Notes: a model not told the origin generated them from the letters alone. A DNA stretch of 64,000 nt from Octopus sinensis (GCF_006345805.1 NC_043010.1:32922001-32986000); one strand, 5' to 3'. Counted from the first letter of the stretch, positions 24,954 through 39,675 are shown. Made by a program: numbers and translations.

Positions 24954-25095
24954 GAGTTTACGAAAAAAAACAAAAGACGAAGATAGGTGGTGTACAAAAC
25001 AAACAGATGTATTAGTATAACGCTCAGGAATAGAAAAAGTATTTTACGTTTCGAGTCTACGCTCTTCTACAGAAAGGGATACAGTATAAAACAAG
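24954..25095 (-). mobile_element. PLE terminal-repeat-like short element with a variant hammerhead
   Basis: Minus strand 25075-25042 reads TTT-CTGTAGA-A-GAGC-GTAG-ACTC-GAAA-C-GTA-AAA; sister copy at 34648-34760; flanked by (TA)n. Confidence 0.55.
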
Positions 25096-25779
25096 GAGAG
25101 AAAAAAATGTATGTAATGGCTAACGATCTATCATGGCGATTGACTCTGTGTGTGTGTGGTGTGTGTGTGTGTGCATAGGTGCTTGCATGTCTGTGTGTGT
25201 GTGTGAGTGCATATGGTATGATATGATGCCCAACTGAATAAATCTATAGATTTCAGCCTGCACTGAGTATGTACGTTAACTAAACTTCTATTGAATACAC
25301 CGGATACATCGATGAATGCCTATTTATACTATTTCACAATAGACAGAAGAGGGAGCAACTGAGCCAATTTAGTCTTTATTGTAATTTCATCAGCAACGGA
25401 CTACTTTTCAGTATCTATCCACGGCGATACTTCATTTGTGACTTTATAAAATCAAATACAAATATTTGCATGCATGATGCATTCTCGAACGAAATTTCTA
25501 CTGATATATTCCTGACGCGTAGACACCTTTCATTTTAGATGGTGTGACCTGCTACAGAATTAAATACACCGGAACTTGTAAATTTGCCTATATGCGTGTG
25601 TATCTATGTATGAATGTATACATACATACATATATACATACATACATACATACATACATACATACATACATACATACATACATACATACATACGTACGTA
25701 CATACATACTTGTGTGTGTGTGTGTCTGTGTGTGTGTCTGTGTGTGTGTGAGTGTGTATTCTTTGTTTCTTTTAATTCT

Positions 25780-26192
<413 letters not shown>

Positions 26193-26194
26193 TC

Positions 26195-26612
26195 TTTTAT
26201 TTATTTGATTGCGGCCATGCTAGGGCACGCCTTAAAGTATTTTAGTCCAATAAATTGACCCCCGGATAATTTTTAAGCCTAGTACTTATAGTTTCGGTTT
26301 CCTTTAGCAAGCTGCTAAGTTACGGGGACGTAAACACGCCAACACCGGCTGTCAAGTGGTGGTGATGGAAACAAACACAAAGACATGCACATAGATACAC
26401 ACACACTCATACACACACACACACTCATACACACACACACACACATATGTATATAAGACGGGTTTCTTTCAGTTTCCATCTGCCACATCCACTCACAAGG
26501 CTGTCGTCGGTCCGAGGCTATAGTAGAAGTCATTATCCCAAGGTGTCATGCAGTGAGATTGAATCCAGAACCATATGGTTAGCAAGCAAGCTCCTTACCA
26601 CACACCCATGCC
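26195..26612 (-). mobile_element. SINE family A (tandem with the previous copy)
   Basis: Same head-microsatellite-tail layout, directly adjacent. Confidence 0.85.
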
Positions 26613-26762
26613 TACATATATATTTCACATATAGATAGATATATGCATATGTAAGTATACTTGCATACATGCATATTTATATATATACATACGTACATAC
26701 AAATACACACATACATATATGTATATAGGTATGCATGCATACACACATACATACATATATAA

Positions 26763-26795
<33 letters not shown>

Positions 26796-27196
26796 TGTAT
26801 GTATGTATGTATGTATATATATACAGAGAGAGAAGGGGAAGCAGCTGCTTGTAACATCAAAACATTTATAAATACGTTACGTAAATGTAAATATAATTAC
26901 AATCAAGCAGATAGAATGAAGATAGTCCGTCGTAGCCCTTCTCAAATAGAAATACAAAAGTTAAATAAACGAAAATACAATTAAGAAAGAACATGTATTA
27001 TAATCCCTTAGATTTGTCTCAGGAATTCAGTGACAGATTGATGCAATAATGTGCAATGAGATATATATATATATATTATATATATATATATAATATATAT
27101 ATATGTAAATCTTTAGTTAAATATATTCAATGAGAATATTATATACTGAATTTATATTGCGCACATGTATGTACACATATACATAATATACATACA

Positions 27197-27580
27197 GGTG
27201 CAGACATGGTTCCGTGTTCAGTCCCACTGCGTGATACCTTGGGCAAGTGTCTTCTACCATAGCCTCGGGCCGACCAAAGTTTTGTCAGTGGATTTGGTAG
27301 ACGGAAACTGAAAGAAGCCCGTCGTATATACGTGCTTGTATGTGTGTGTGTATGTCTTTATGTCTGTCTTTGTCCGTCACCACCGCTTGACTGCCAGCTT
27401 TGGTTTCTTGCTTACCTCCTTGTTTCTTAACGGTTCGACAAAAAGAGACCGATGGAATAAGTAACAGGCTTTAAAAAAAAATTAAGTATTGGGGTCGATC
27501 AACTTGACTAAAAATTCTTCAAGGCATTGCCCCAGCATGGCCGCAGTCTAATGACTGAAACAGAGAAATGATAAAAGATA
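27197..27580 (+). mobile_element. SINE family A (5' partly deleted)
   Basis: GTTCAGTCCCACTGCGTGATACCTTGGGCAAGTGTCTTC core and standard tail. Confidence 0.85.
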
Positions 27581-28651
27581 GATAAAAATAGAACAAATAG
27601 AACATCGGTCCAAATATCTGGCCGAAGCCCAGGAGGGAAAAAAAGCATGATAAAGGTGTAGAATGAAAGCGAAAAAGGATATTGTGGAAAAAATATGAGG
27701 AGCTGTAGATATCATTATGTAGTTGTATAATTATTTAATTTTAAAAATATACCAAAAGGATATAACTATTCATTATAATTTAGGGAAACGAGATCGAACT
27801 ATATGAAGATAAATGTAAATATATTCAGATAGGGCAGATCAAGGCTAGGACAGGCAGATACAACAAAAGTAAAAGTAAATAATTATAATAAAAGGAGTAA
27901 GATTTTAAAAAAAAGATGGCGATAAATGGTTATCGTGCCGCAGTCGATTCATTCTTTTGTAATATTTCAACTGATCCTTTGCTATAGAGATCAGATGCAG
28001 TGCGACCACCTTGGTGAGGCCTTCCTGTCTTGGTGATAGACAAGTAATATTACAATTAATGTTATTATTCGTGAGATAATGGTGCATAATTTGCTAATGA
28101 GGTGGGTGATTTGCGCTTAGTACAAGAAAATTAACTAAGGTGAGTAAATAACATAGCGTAATTTCCGGTTCGGCAAAAGAAATCGATGGAATAAGTACCA
28201 AGGTAAAAGAACAAATACTAGGGTCGACTCCTTCAACTAAAAAACTCTTCATGGCTGCAAGTAAAAGATTAAAGATAAATATCGCCTACTAAAAGTCAAT
28301 GGAAGATCCGACATATATTTTAGTTGAATTTCTGTGTTAATTTTGTACAATGAAAATATAAACAACATTATATAGCTGCTTGAAGCAGTAACTATTCAGA
28401 GGGGCAACTATTGACTACGCTACTGTTGCATCTACTTTTATCACACATCAAATAAATTACAATCAGCGCCAATCTGGTTATTGTTATTACTTATATTCAT
28501 ATTTATATAGCTCACACTATTATTAACGACACATATGTTACTATTCATATGGTTATTTATATTTCCATTATTATTGATGGAAATATAAAAATCGGGCACG
28601 TTACTAGCGTTCTTTTTATTATTGTACTTAATATAGCAAATACAATTGCTT

Positions 28652-28734
<83 letters not shown>
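28652..28734. repeat. (GTA)n microsatellite
   Basis: Perfect trinucleotide run. Confidence 0.97.
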
Positions 28735-28735
<1 letters not shown>

Positions 28736-29576
28736 CCATCAGTAATGGTAACATTATTAGTAGTAGGATGGCTCGTAGTACTAATATCGCCAAATTTAGG
28801 GCGAGAAAAACTTTTACGGATACTTTTCTTATTAATATTTTTTTTTTACTTCAAATTCTGCCGAGGTCGGCTTTGCTTTTCATCCTTTCGAGGACGATAG
28901 AATAAATCGATGGGAGTGACCATCATTGTTATTATTATTTAAACATTAATGAGAGAAAACTTACTCAAATTTTTTCTTTCTTTTTTTTTTTGTAGAATAC
29001 ATTAATTATAGATTTACGGGAAGAGGCGTCAGTGACTTCGATGTTTTGGCCTGATAACCTTCGTCGAACGATGGCTAGAAGGTCAAAAGCTCTAAGTCAC
29101 TGTCGTTCCTCTTCTTGTAAAACTATAAGATATTTATGCATATATATGTGTGTGTATATGTACATGTCTGTATATGTGTGTGTTAGTAGAGATGCATACA
29201 TATAAGTGTGTATACATATACATACATACCTGCATGCATACATACATACATACATACATACATACATACATACATACATAAATACATACATACATACATA
29301 CATACATACATACATACATACATACATACATACATACATACATACGCACATACACTACATACATATCGGAATCAAATGGTTCACTATCTAATGGTGACCA
29401 ATGGTTTTATGCTGCCGGGCAATTTCCGATCTAGTTTGAAGATTATCGCCCGAGAGTAGATCATCGTTAACTACGAACCATTGAGCCTCTCCCCACGTTC
29501 TGAGCTCAATCCCACACCACCAAAGTGAACTTTGTCTATTATCATTTCAAGCTCGATATATAAAGTATCGGTCCTG

Positions 29577-29766
29577 AAGGTGGCGAGCTGGCAGAACCGT
29601 TAGCACGCCGTCGAAATGCTTAGCCGTATTTCGTCTGTCGTTACGTTCTGAGTTCAAATTCCACCGAGGTTGACTTTGCCTTTCATCCTTTCGGGGTCGA
29701 TAAATTAAGTACCAGTTACGCACTGGTAATCGACTTAATCCGTTTGTCCCCTCTATGTTTAGCCCC
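29577..29766 (+). mobile_element. SINE family B, young copy with a 20-bp TSD
   Basis: GGCGAGCTGGCAGAACCGTTAGC head, GAGTTCAAATTCC B box; flanks TATATAAAGTATCG(G/C)TCCTG at 29557-29576 and 29767-29786. Confidence 0.9.
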
Positions 29767-29799
29767 TATATAAAGTATCGCTCCTGTACTGATGCAATT

Positions 29800-30227
29800 C
29801 TCTCTAAATCTCAGTTTCCACCGTCTTTCTCTCACTTCCGTCTTTCTCTCCCCGCTCTTTCTTCTACTTCTCTCTCCTCCATCTCTCTTTTCCCACTTCT
29901 CTTCTCTCTCTTTACCTCTCTTTCCCTCTCTCTTTTGTCCTTCTTTTACAACTCTCCCTCTCTCTTTCCCCTCCTTCCCTCTCTCCGTATCTCTCTCTTT
30001 TTTCCCTACCTGTATATCTCTCTAAATTTCTCTCTAACTCTCACTTTCTCTCTCACTCTCGCTTTCTCTCTCACTCTCGCTTTCTCTCTCTCTCCCTCTC
30101 TCTGTGCCATTCAGCCTCTCTCTCTCACTCTCTCTCTCTCTTTCTCTCTGTGCCATTCAGCCTCTCTCTCTCTCACTCTCTCTCTCTCTCTTGGCCATTT
30201 AGTCTCTCGCTCTCTCTCTCTCACTCT

Positions 30228-30280
<53 letters not shown>
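29800..30280. repeat. CT-rich polypyrimidine tract ending in (CT)n
   Basis: About 480 bp almost without purines; internal repeats of TGTGCCATTCAGCC. Confidence 0.9.
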
Positions 30281-30284
<4 letters not shown>

Positions 30285-30888
30285 TCTATCTATTCACATA
30301 TCTCGCCAGCTGTCACATCATGAATGATCCTCTTGGTGAAATCTATTTTCATCTATTTTCTTCTTTTTCTATTTTCTTCATTTTCGTCCGCACATCGGAA
30401 GCGAAAATCTCGAAGTAGTGTTTTATCAAGCTTCAGTTTCTATTAAGCGTGGTCCCAGCATAGCCGCAGACTAGTGACTGAAACAAGGAAAAAGATAAAA
30501 ATTATATATATCGTTGCTATTATGCAAAAGTGTCGGAAGTCCAAAACGCTGCTGTTTCAGAAAACGAAAAAATAGTTTTACCATTCCATTTCTTTTTATA
30601 TTAGCAGCTTAACAATAATACTTTGTTGGGTGCATAAAACCGTAACTTCATGCATGTATGATATTTTCAGACAGAAATATTTTTTGCAAAACTGTCGTAT
30701 GTGGGTTAGTCTTACTACACTTTTGAAAAATGCTACTCTGTTGTACTACACTTAGACAATTTTCATCTCAAGCAGCTGGAGATACGATAGTTTAACCAAA
30801 AGAACCGGGTATTGCAAGCAAAATTAAATAAAAGAAACGCATTGACGAAATTTAGTCATACGACAGTTAACAGAATAGCAACGATACA

Positions 30889-30943
<55 letters not shown>

Positions 30944-31091
30944 TAATCCAAACAAGAAACAAAAGACAACAACGCAAGGATGTGGAACAAATAAAGTATT
31001 ATTGGACGCTCAGGAAAGAAGGGAAGAAGGAGGGATATATATATATATACATTATACGACACACACACACCACACACACATATATATATAT

Positions 31092-31141
<50 letters not shown>

Positions 31142-31152
31142 ATTTATATATA

Positions 31153-31510
31153 TCCAAGCTACATCTCACGGATGTTCTGGAGTGCATCATCAATGGGGTT
31201 TCGGGTCTTTCATCATCGGACCCCACTTTCAGTTGACTCAGCGGGTTTGATCAAGTCCCACCTCGGATCCAAATAGCAGCAAACCACCAGTTTTCCCTCT
31301 TTTTCAAGCCACTTAGTGCCCTTCTCTGCAGCTTGTGTCATGGATCTTTGGTCATCTCTTTGGTGCATCAAATAAATCTAACATCAAACCAGCTTTTGCA
31401 ACATACCGGCAGCCCATGTCATTGTCGCGAAACGTACATGCCAGCTCTAGCTTCTTGGCTGCTCTAGTAGCTCTGGTATTTGGCAAGCTTTCTCTCATGA
31501 GCCTTCTCCA
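31153..31510 (-). mobile_element. HERO/NeSL-like (REL endonuclease) LINE 3' end, copy 1
   Basis: EKAHERKLAKYQ, DMGCRYVAK, and AAEKGTKWL (frameshifted); 3' UTR containing GATGAAAGACCCGAAACCCC. Confidence 0.65.
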
Positions 31511-31519
31511 TATATATAT

Positions 31520-31564
<45 letters not shown>

Positions 31565-32052
31565 CACACCCACCAATAATACAAATATGTAAGGTTGACC
31601 CGTCGTCGCACCACCAATTTTATAGCTAAATTATAAGCCTTATAGGGTTAATGTTCCTGACTTTTCTGTCTGAATACAAACAACAGTTTGAAGTAGGTGT
31701 AGTGTTATTGCTGTTATCTTTGTCTTTATTACTGCTACATTACTGTTTTGGTGTTTGTTTTTCAGTGAGGGTAGGTAGATAGATATCTAATGTTTATATA
31801 CAATAGCTCTTCATTGTTCTACTTAGTTTTTGTTCTTGCCGCTTCTGCCATTGTTATTATAGTTATGATCTATGTTGGCAGTTCTTGTTGCTGCTGCTGT
31901 TATTGCTGCTGCGGCTGCTATTGTTGTGGTGTAATCGTTGTTACATAGGAAGTTATATTAATTGCACACTGTAATATTGTCTCGGGATATTGCACACACG
32001 TCTATAAAAAGATTATACTATATCGTTAAAGTTTATAAAAAGCACTTATGTA

Positions 32053-32114
<62 letters not shown>

Positions 32115-32209
32115 ATATATGTATGCGTGTATGAAGGTGTGTAGATTTTATTTTTATATACATGTTTCTGTATGTTTGTTCGTGTGTGTTGTGTGTGTGT
32201 GTATGTGTG

Positions 32210-32249
<40 letters not shown>

Positions 32250-32345
32250 GATATATATACAATCCATACCAATACATAGATGCATATATATTATATCTAT
32301 ATATATATATCACATATATACATATATATATATATATTATATATA

Positions 32346-32704
32346 TCCAAGCTACATCTCACGGATGTTCTGGAGTGCATCATCAATGGGGTTCGGGTCT
32401 TTCATCATCGGACCCCACTTTCAGTTGACTCAGCCGGGTTTGATCAAGTCCCACCTCGGATCCAAATAGCAGCAAACCACCAGTTTTCCCTCTTTATTCA
32501 AAGCCACTTAGTGCCCTTCTCTGCAGCTTGGGTCATGGAATCTTTGGTCATCTCTTTGGTGCATCAAATAAATCTAACATCAAACGCAGCTTTGCAACAT
32601 ACCGGCAGCCCATGTCAGTTGTCGCGAAACGTACATGCCAGCTCTAGCTTCTTGGCTGCTCTAGTAGCTCTGGTATTTGGCAAGCTTTCTCTCATGAGCC
32701 TTCT

Positions 32705-32710
<6 letters not shown>
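32346..32710 (-). mobile_element. HERO/NeSL-like LINE 3' end, copy 2
   Basis: Duplicate of 31153-31510. Confidence 0.65.
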
Positions 32711-32772
<62 letters not shown>

Positions 32773-33245
32773 CAATAATACAAATATGTAAGGTTGACCC
32801 GTCGTCGCACCACCAATTTTATAGCTAAAATTATAAGCCTTATAGGGTTAATGTTCCTGACTTTTCTGTCTGAATACAAACACAGTTTGAAGTAGGTGTA
32901 GTGTTATTGCTGTTATCTTTGTCTTTATTACTGCTACATTTACTGTTTTGGTGTTGTTTTCAGTGAGGGTAGGTAGATAGATATCTAATGTTTATATACA
33001 ATAGCTCTTCATTGTTCTACTTAGTTTTTGTTCTTGCCGCTTCTGCCATTGTTATTATAGTTATGATCTATGTTGCAGTTCTTGTTGCTGCTGCTGTTAT
33101 TGCTGCTGCTGCTGCTATTGTTGTGGTTGTAATCGTTGTTACATAGGAAGTTATATTAATTGCACACTGTAATATTGTCTCGGGATATTTGCACACGTCT
33201 ATAAAAAGATTATACTAATATCGTGTAAAGTTTATAAAAAGCACT

Positions 33246-33286
<41 letters not shown>

Positions 33287-33381
33287 ATATATATATATAT
33301 ATATACATATAAATATATGTATGCGTGTATGAGTAGGTGTGTAGATTTTATTTTTATATACATGTTTCTGTATGTTTGTTC

Positions 33382-33412
<31 letters not shown>

Positions 33413-33427
33413 TATATATAATATATA

Positions 33428-33458
<31 letters not shown>

Positions 33459-33659
33459 AATACATATCCATACAAATACATAGATGCATATATTTTATAT
33501 ATATATATATATTATACATATATACATATATATATATATATTTATTTATATATATATATATAATATAATAGATTATATATATATATTACATATGTATATA
33601 ATATATATATATATCTATATATATATATATAATATTAGTATATATATATATATATATAT

Positions 33660-34160
33660 AGTAAACGTAAAAAACAAACACAAACTGGGACAAGAACGTG
33701 AAACATTTTGAAAACGACAAAAAAAACACACAGACGGGACTTTCGAAGCTCTCAGTCATCAGTCAAGAACCAGATCATCTTCGCAATTTCGGCTGATTAA
33801 TCTTGAGATTGCTCCAATCTGGGCAGCCCGCCAAGGGAAATCTAAGCCAGTCGCATTAGATTCCTTGGAAGAAAACCTCGAAAAAGTATACAACACGGTG
33901 ACGGAAAAACGGACGATGTTACTCGAAAAAAAATTCAAAAATACGTAAAAACAATAACGATAGGACGGATAAAAATACAAAATAACGTAAAAACAATAAT
34001 AACAAAACCAGGACGTCAGGACAAGCGTCTTTCGACAGGACGAGTTGAGTATAGGCTGGCTGTGGAACAAGTGCCTGAAGGCAAACGGAGCACAAACACA
34101 TACGTGTGGTCACGCCAACTACTTGATGCGAAAAGGCAGTAGTAGCTAGCTGGTCACGTG
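33660..34160 (-). mobile_element. Probable PLE/LINE terminal region (unclassified)
   Basis: Complex sequence abutting (TA)n; contains a degenerate CTGATGA…GAAA on the minus strand. Confidence 0.3.
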
Positions 34161-34406
34161 AGCACAAAAAGGAGAAAGGGACAGATGAAGAGAGAAGCAA
34201 GAGAGGGAAAGGGGCAGGTCAAGTGGGGTATAAGGTCTGAGAGGCAGAGAAATGTGGGAGAGGAGGGACGGAGGAAGAGAGAAAGAAAGAAGGGGAACAA
34301 GGGAGGAGAAGAAAAAGAGGGAAAGAGACAGAACAAGGGGAGTGCAAAGGGTGAAGGCAGAGAAAAGTAGGAGAGGGGGGAAAAGAGACAGTGAAGTCGA
34401 GTCGTA

Positions 34407-34644
<238 letters not shown>

Positions 34645-34647
34645 AGG

Positions 34648-34760
34648 AGAGTTTACGAAAATAACAAAAGACGAAGACAGGTGGTGTACATAACAAACAC
34701 AGATCTAATAGTATAACGCTCAGGAATAGAAAAAGTCTTTTACGTTTCGAGCTTACGCTC
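34648..34760 (-). mobile_element. Truncated sister of the 24954-25095 element
   Basis: GAGTTTACGAAA…AAAGACGAAGA…ACGCTCAGGAATAGAAAAAGT…TTACGTTTCGAG shared. Confidence 0.7.
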
Positions 34761-34902
34761 GGTGTGTGTAAATATGTATATGAATATCTATATATATATA
34801 TTGATTATATATATATTATATATATATATATATATTAGAAGAAATGAGGTAATCAAAGATATATATATAGAGATTATATATATATATATATATATATATA
34901 TG

Positions 34903-34941
<39 letters not shown>

Positions 34942-35128
34942 GAAATGAGGTAATCAGAAGATTATATATATAGAGATATATATATATATATATTATATAT
35001 ATGAATATATATATATATACCATATATACATAATTATAAATATATATATATACACATATATATATGTGTGTATGTATGTATATATATTATACATGTACAT
35101 ATATATATGTATACATAAATTTATATAA

Positions 35129-35159
<31 letters not shown>

Positions 35160-35960
35160 TGCATAAACGAATATATATATATTATATGTGCATATATGAA
35201 TATGTGTATTATATATATATATATATAATATATATATTCATATATATATATACATAAAGATATATATATACACACACACATATCAAGTATGTAGGCAACT
35301 AAATATTATGTCTGTAAGCGTGTGTTTTTCTAGAAAATTTTCTATTAAGCTGTTTTCAATATATTTCTTTTTACATAACTTTAATCTTTCATCATTATTT
35401 CGCACGTCGCGCGCGTACACACAGACGCGCGCGCGCGCGCATTTCTATCATGTGAATCTTTAAACATTAAAAAACAATCTCTTCACCACTGCCACCGCAA
35501 CCACCATGGCTTTCATCATCACCGTCACCAGCACCATTACAACCGCCAGCACCACTGTCATCATTATCGTCATCATCATTTTTAGCAACAGTAGCAGCCT
35601 CACCACTACCACTATTATCATCATCACTTTCCACCAGCAATACCTTCATTACCATCACCATTAACACGCGTATTACACATAACCACAAACTCATGATTAA
35701 GAATATATTACAAATACTCTAGAAGGAAAATCCTCCCCTTGAACACGAAAACACAAACTAGAGAAGCACAGAACATACTTCAGACACCAAATGTAATATA
35801 CAAAACTGAATGATCATAATTCTGAACTTCGTCACTCATATTGTTGCAACAGACTCACGAGGATGACATTTTCTTCTCGGTTAACAATGCATATGCAACA
35901 TTTTTAATACAGTACACAAAATAAGAACATTAGTTGATAATAGAAGAATTTTATATAGAA

Positions 35961-36353
35961 CTAGCAGTATCGCCCGGCGTTGCTCGGGTTTGTTTCGACC
36001 CTTTAGAATTGAAATTTTTGAAAAGTAAAAATTCTGCATTATGTAGCGTATTATTCTCTTTAAGTGAACATTTTTCTGGTTGAAATACACCGAAAAATGG
36101 CGACACAGCAGTCAAAAGATCGTAAAAAGTAGGGATTTTCATAGACAAAAAAGCACCTTTTTCATGTAAATAATTTTTGGTGTTAACATGGTCCGATTTG
36201 AATTTTTTCTTCTACGGAAGGAAGAGCAAGCCTTCTTCTATCATACTCTCAATTTTGGTCAACTTGCGCCGCAGGGTCTTGGAGGAGATAGTGTTAGTTG
36301 AAGGCTACCAAACCTGCCAGACACAGACAACCTCAGTTATATATATAGAGAGA
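35961..36353 (-). mobile_element. Non-autonomous Helitron
   Basis: On the minus strand, A|TC…CCCGAGCAACGCCGGG hairpin…CTAG|T; homologous to 61077-61465. Confidence 0.8.
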
Positions 36354-37629
36354 TTTCAGAAAAATTACTAGAATATGGAAAAACTAATACAAATCAATTA
36401 TCAACAGAGATGAATAATACGTAAAACGAATCATAAGTATGCCAGGACTTCGAGGTTGTATAGTTTTTAAACCCGTTGTTGAAAGCTTTATCAGTTATAA
36501 CAGTATTCCTTAATTTTCTTACCTACAGCGAAGCGCTTGAAGCATACGCTATTTTTAGCATCACTTGCTTCTCATGATGATACCAACAAGGTCTTCAAGC
36601 GTTAATGAACAAATATGGATTTCGAGATGCTATTGCTCCAAACTGAAAATAAATTACCAATACAAATGTGAAATATCCTTAATTAAAAATTTTAAGCTCA
36701 AATATAGTTGTGTCTTTTATAAGTGTACGCGTTGTGAGTGTATGTGTGTGTATGTTTGTGTATGCGTGTGTGTGTGTATGTGTGCACGTGTACATACGTA
36801 CATAGGTGAATATCTCTGTGTATATGTAGGTGAATTGACAGATTCGTTCAAGCATCAGATAGAATGCCTCACAATATTCTTCCCGAGTCACTCCGCCCTA
36901 CGTTCAAATTCCGTAGAGATCAACATTGCCTTTCATCCTCTCTGAGTGAATAAAAATATACAAATCTAGTGCGGAAGATTGGCAAGACTTTAAGAGCACC
37001 GGATCTGATGCTTTGCAACATTTTTCAGCTCTTTGCGTTCTGAATTCAAAGTGAGTGTGTATTATAACAGAAAAGTCTTTATAAGAAGATTCTCAGAGAC
37101 AAAATATTACAGCTAGCACCGTTCTACTGTTATATATACATGATAAATATTAGACATATCATTTTATACCTATGCATGTGTATATGTGTGTGAGGAAGTG
37201 TATGTGCGTGTTTATGCACAAAGCGAGAGAGAGAGTAATTCTCCCTCGAATCACACCTTTCCACATTCCACAAGGGAAATCTCCGAGCGATCACTAAACC
37301 TGCCAGAAATACAAGTCAGGGCTCCCATAAACTCACCCATTCATCTATGTGGCTGATGATATTATCGTGACTACGCAGAGTCGACAATTTGCTTATCCTG
37401 CTTATTATCATTATTTTGCGCATCAAATAATTAGAATGGACGCTTTGTTCCTAAAACTTATAAAGAAGATGACCTTAAAAAAACAGCTATTATAGACTTA
37501 TCAGTGATCCATTCCATATTCGGTGTGGGTCTTGCCATCTATATATTTGTTTCTCTCTCTTTCAATATTCGCCGCGTAATACAGGGGTGAGAACTAGGAA
37601 ATATTAATAATACTTTCCAGGCAATTTAG

Positions 37630-37718
37630 TCATATATCCAAATATGTGTATATGTGTATATATATATATATATGTATGTATGTATATTATATATATATAT
37701 ATAAATATTTATATATAT

Positions 37719-37753
<35 letters not shown>

Positions 37754-38112
37754 GTTTGTATAAATATTTATACATATATATATGTATATATATATACACA
37801 CATACATATATACATGTTTGTATGTATGTGTGTGTACATATATATACAGATATACATATGTGAATATATATATGTATGTACATGTACACACACTCACACA
37901 CACACACATACACATATATATAAATATACATTCATAGACATACATATATACATTTGTCTTTAGACATACGTAAATATATATATATGTGTGTGTGTGTATA
38001 TATATATATATATAAACACACACACACACAAACACAAACACACACACACACACCACACACACAACACACACACACCATATATATATATATATATATATAT
38101 ATTACATATTAT

Positions 38113-38143
<31 letters not shown>

Positions 38144-38378
38144 TATATATAAACATCTTCGCTTTGCAGGTCATTAATATTCAATAGTGAAACCCATTAT
38201 TGAACCAACTTCTGTCGCATACATATGCATAAATCTGTGTGTGTGTTTGCATATGTGTGCAAGTATGTGTATGTTTGCGTGCGTAATTAGATTATATGAC
38301 TCATACAATTCAGTTTGTATAAATTGTGTGAATGTATCTGTATGAGTGTGTATGTATATATAAATATATGTGTGTATG

Positions 38379-38428
<50 letters not shown>

Positions 38429-38594
38429 ATATATATATATATATAAATACATATACATATATACATAAATATACATATATATACATAATATATATATATA
38501 GATATATGGCATACATCTGTATATATTATATATATATATATATACATAATATACATATGTATAATACATATACATATACATACATATATATATA

Positions 38595-38651
<57 letters not shown>

Positions 38652-38760
38652 TGCATGTATGTATGTATGTATGTGTATATATGTAGGCATGTATGAATGT
38701 ATGGAAGCATGGATGGATATGTATACATAAATGTATGTATTATATGCACACACTCCCATG
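37630..38760. repeat. Large compound TA/CA/TATG microsatellite region
   Basis: Direct repeats with a short unique insert at ~38150-38340. Confidence 0.9.
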
Positions 38761-39074
38761 CGCATGTGCGTGTAAGAGAGAGAAAGAATGAGAAGGTAAA
38801 GGATCTTGAATGTATGTAGGGGTGGTGTGTGTATTTGGATCGTATGAGTCATCAGTGAAGAGACATTTCCTATCAAGTATTCATGATATAACACTTAATC
38901 GTTTTCCCATCATACCAACGGAACACGTAGATGGCAAACTCAGTCATATGATATTTCAGAAGAATCAATCTATATCAAACCTTCATAGCTATGTCATTAT
39001 AGGAATAGTCCTAAACTTGATACGGGAAGACTTTGAGAAAAGAGTGGATATAGACTCGATTAATTCGACACCAG

Positions 39075-39205
39075 GACTTGGCAGGTATTCTATTTTATTG
39101 ACAACCAATTTACGAAAGGTGGTCGCCGAGTAATTTGAACTCAGAACACAAAGAAATTCTGTAAGGCGTTCTGTGTGTGGCTCTCTACCGATTCTGTTTC
39201 TCCTG
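39075..39205 (-). mobile_element. SINE family B (degraded)
   Basis: Reverse complement of CAGAATCGGTAG…TTCTGAGTTCAAATTACTCGGCG. Confidence 0.6.
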
Positions 39206-39543
39206 AGCTTCTGACTTCGAAGAGAAATATTGATTTCTGAAATAGGCACAAGGTTTCAAATTTGATGGGATTGGTGGGAGTGAACAGTCGACTCCAGTAT
39301 TTCACTTGTACTATGTTTTTATTGACCTCGGATGGATTGAAAGTTAATGCTGTCTTCGATGGGATTTTTGTCTTGTAATATAAAGAGCCGGAACTAAATA
39401 CTACAAGGTATTTTCTTGACACAGAAGAGTCCCACCGATCCAACAGAGATATAAAATAATTTGGTTCAATATTGAAAATAAATTATTAATAAGAAAATAA
39501 TTTGTTATACCTCAAATGTCATCTTAAAAGCGGAAACAGTGCA

Positions 39544-39675
39544 AACTAGAAAAGCACTCGGATAGCACAGACCTCCGCCAAGCAACTCATTTCCACCCAT
39601 ATACCCGCATGCTGAAAATCGACTAATTTCCCAAACCAACGCCGCCAAAAACATAACCTCCTTGGCAGGGGTAAA
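39544..39675 (+). mobile_element. Helentron-associated (HINE-like) short element
   Basis: AACTAGAAAAGCACTC…ACCTCCGCCAAG subterminal repeat; 3' AAAACATAACCTCCTTGGCAGGGGTAA. Confidence 0.55.

Larger units (their letters stand above)
31152..33490. repeat. ~1.19-kb tandem duplication
   Basis: ATCCAAGCTACATCTC occurs at 31152 and 32345; unique and microsatellite blocks repeat in the same order. Confidence 0.95.

Noticed and set aside
33731-33766. CTGATGA…GAAA on the minus strand
   Set aside because: No convincing stem I, II or III pairing.
38810-39443. ORFs 38810-39133 (+) and 39141-39443 (-) as exons
   Set aside because: Both run into microsatellite or SINE B sequence, and the unique parts show no recognisable motif.
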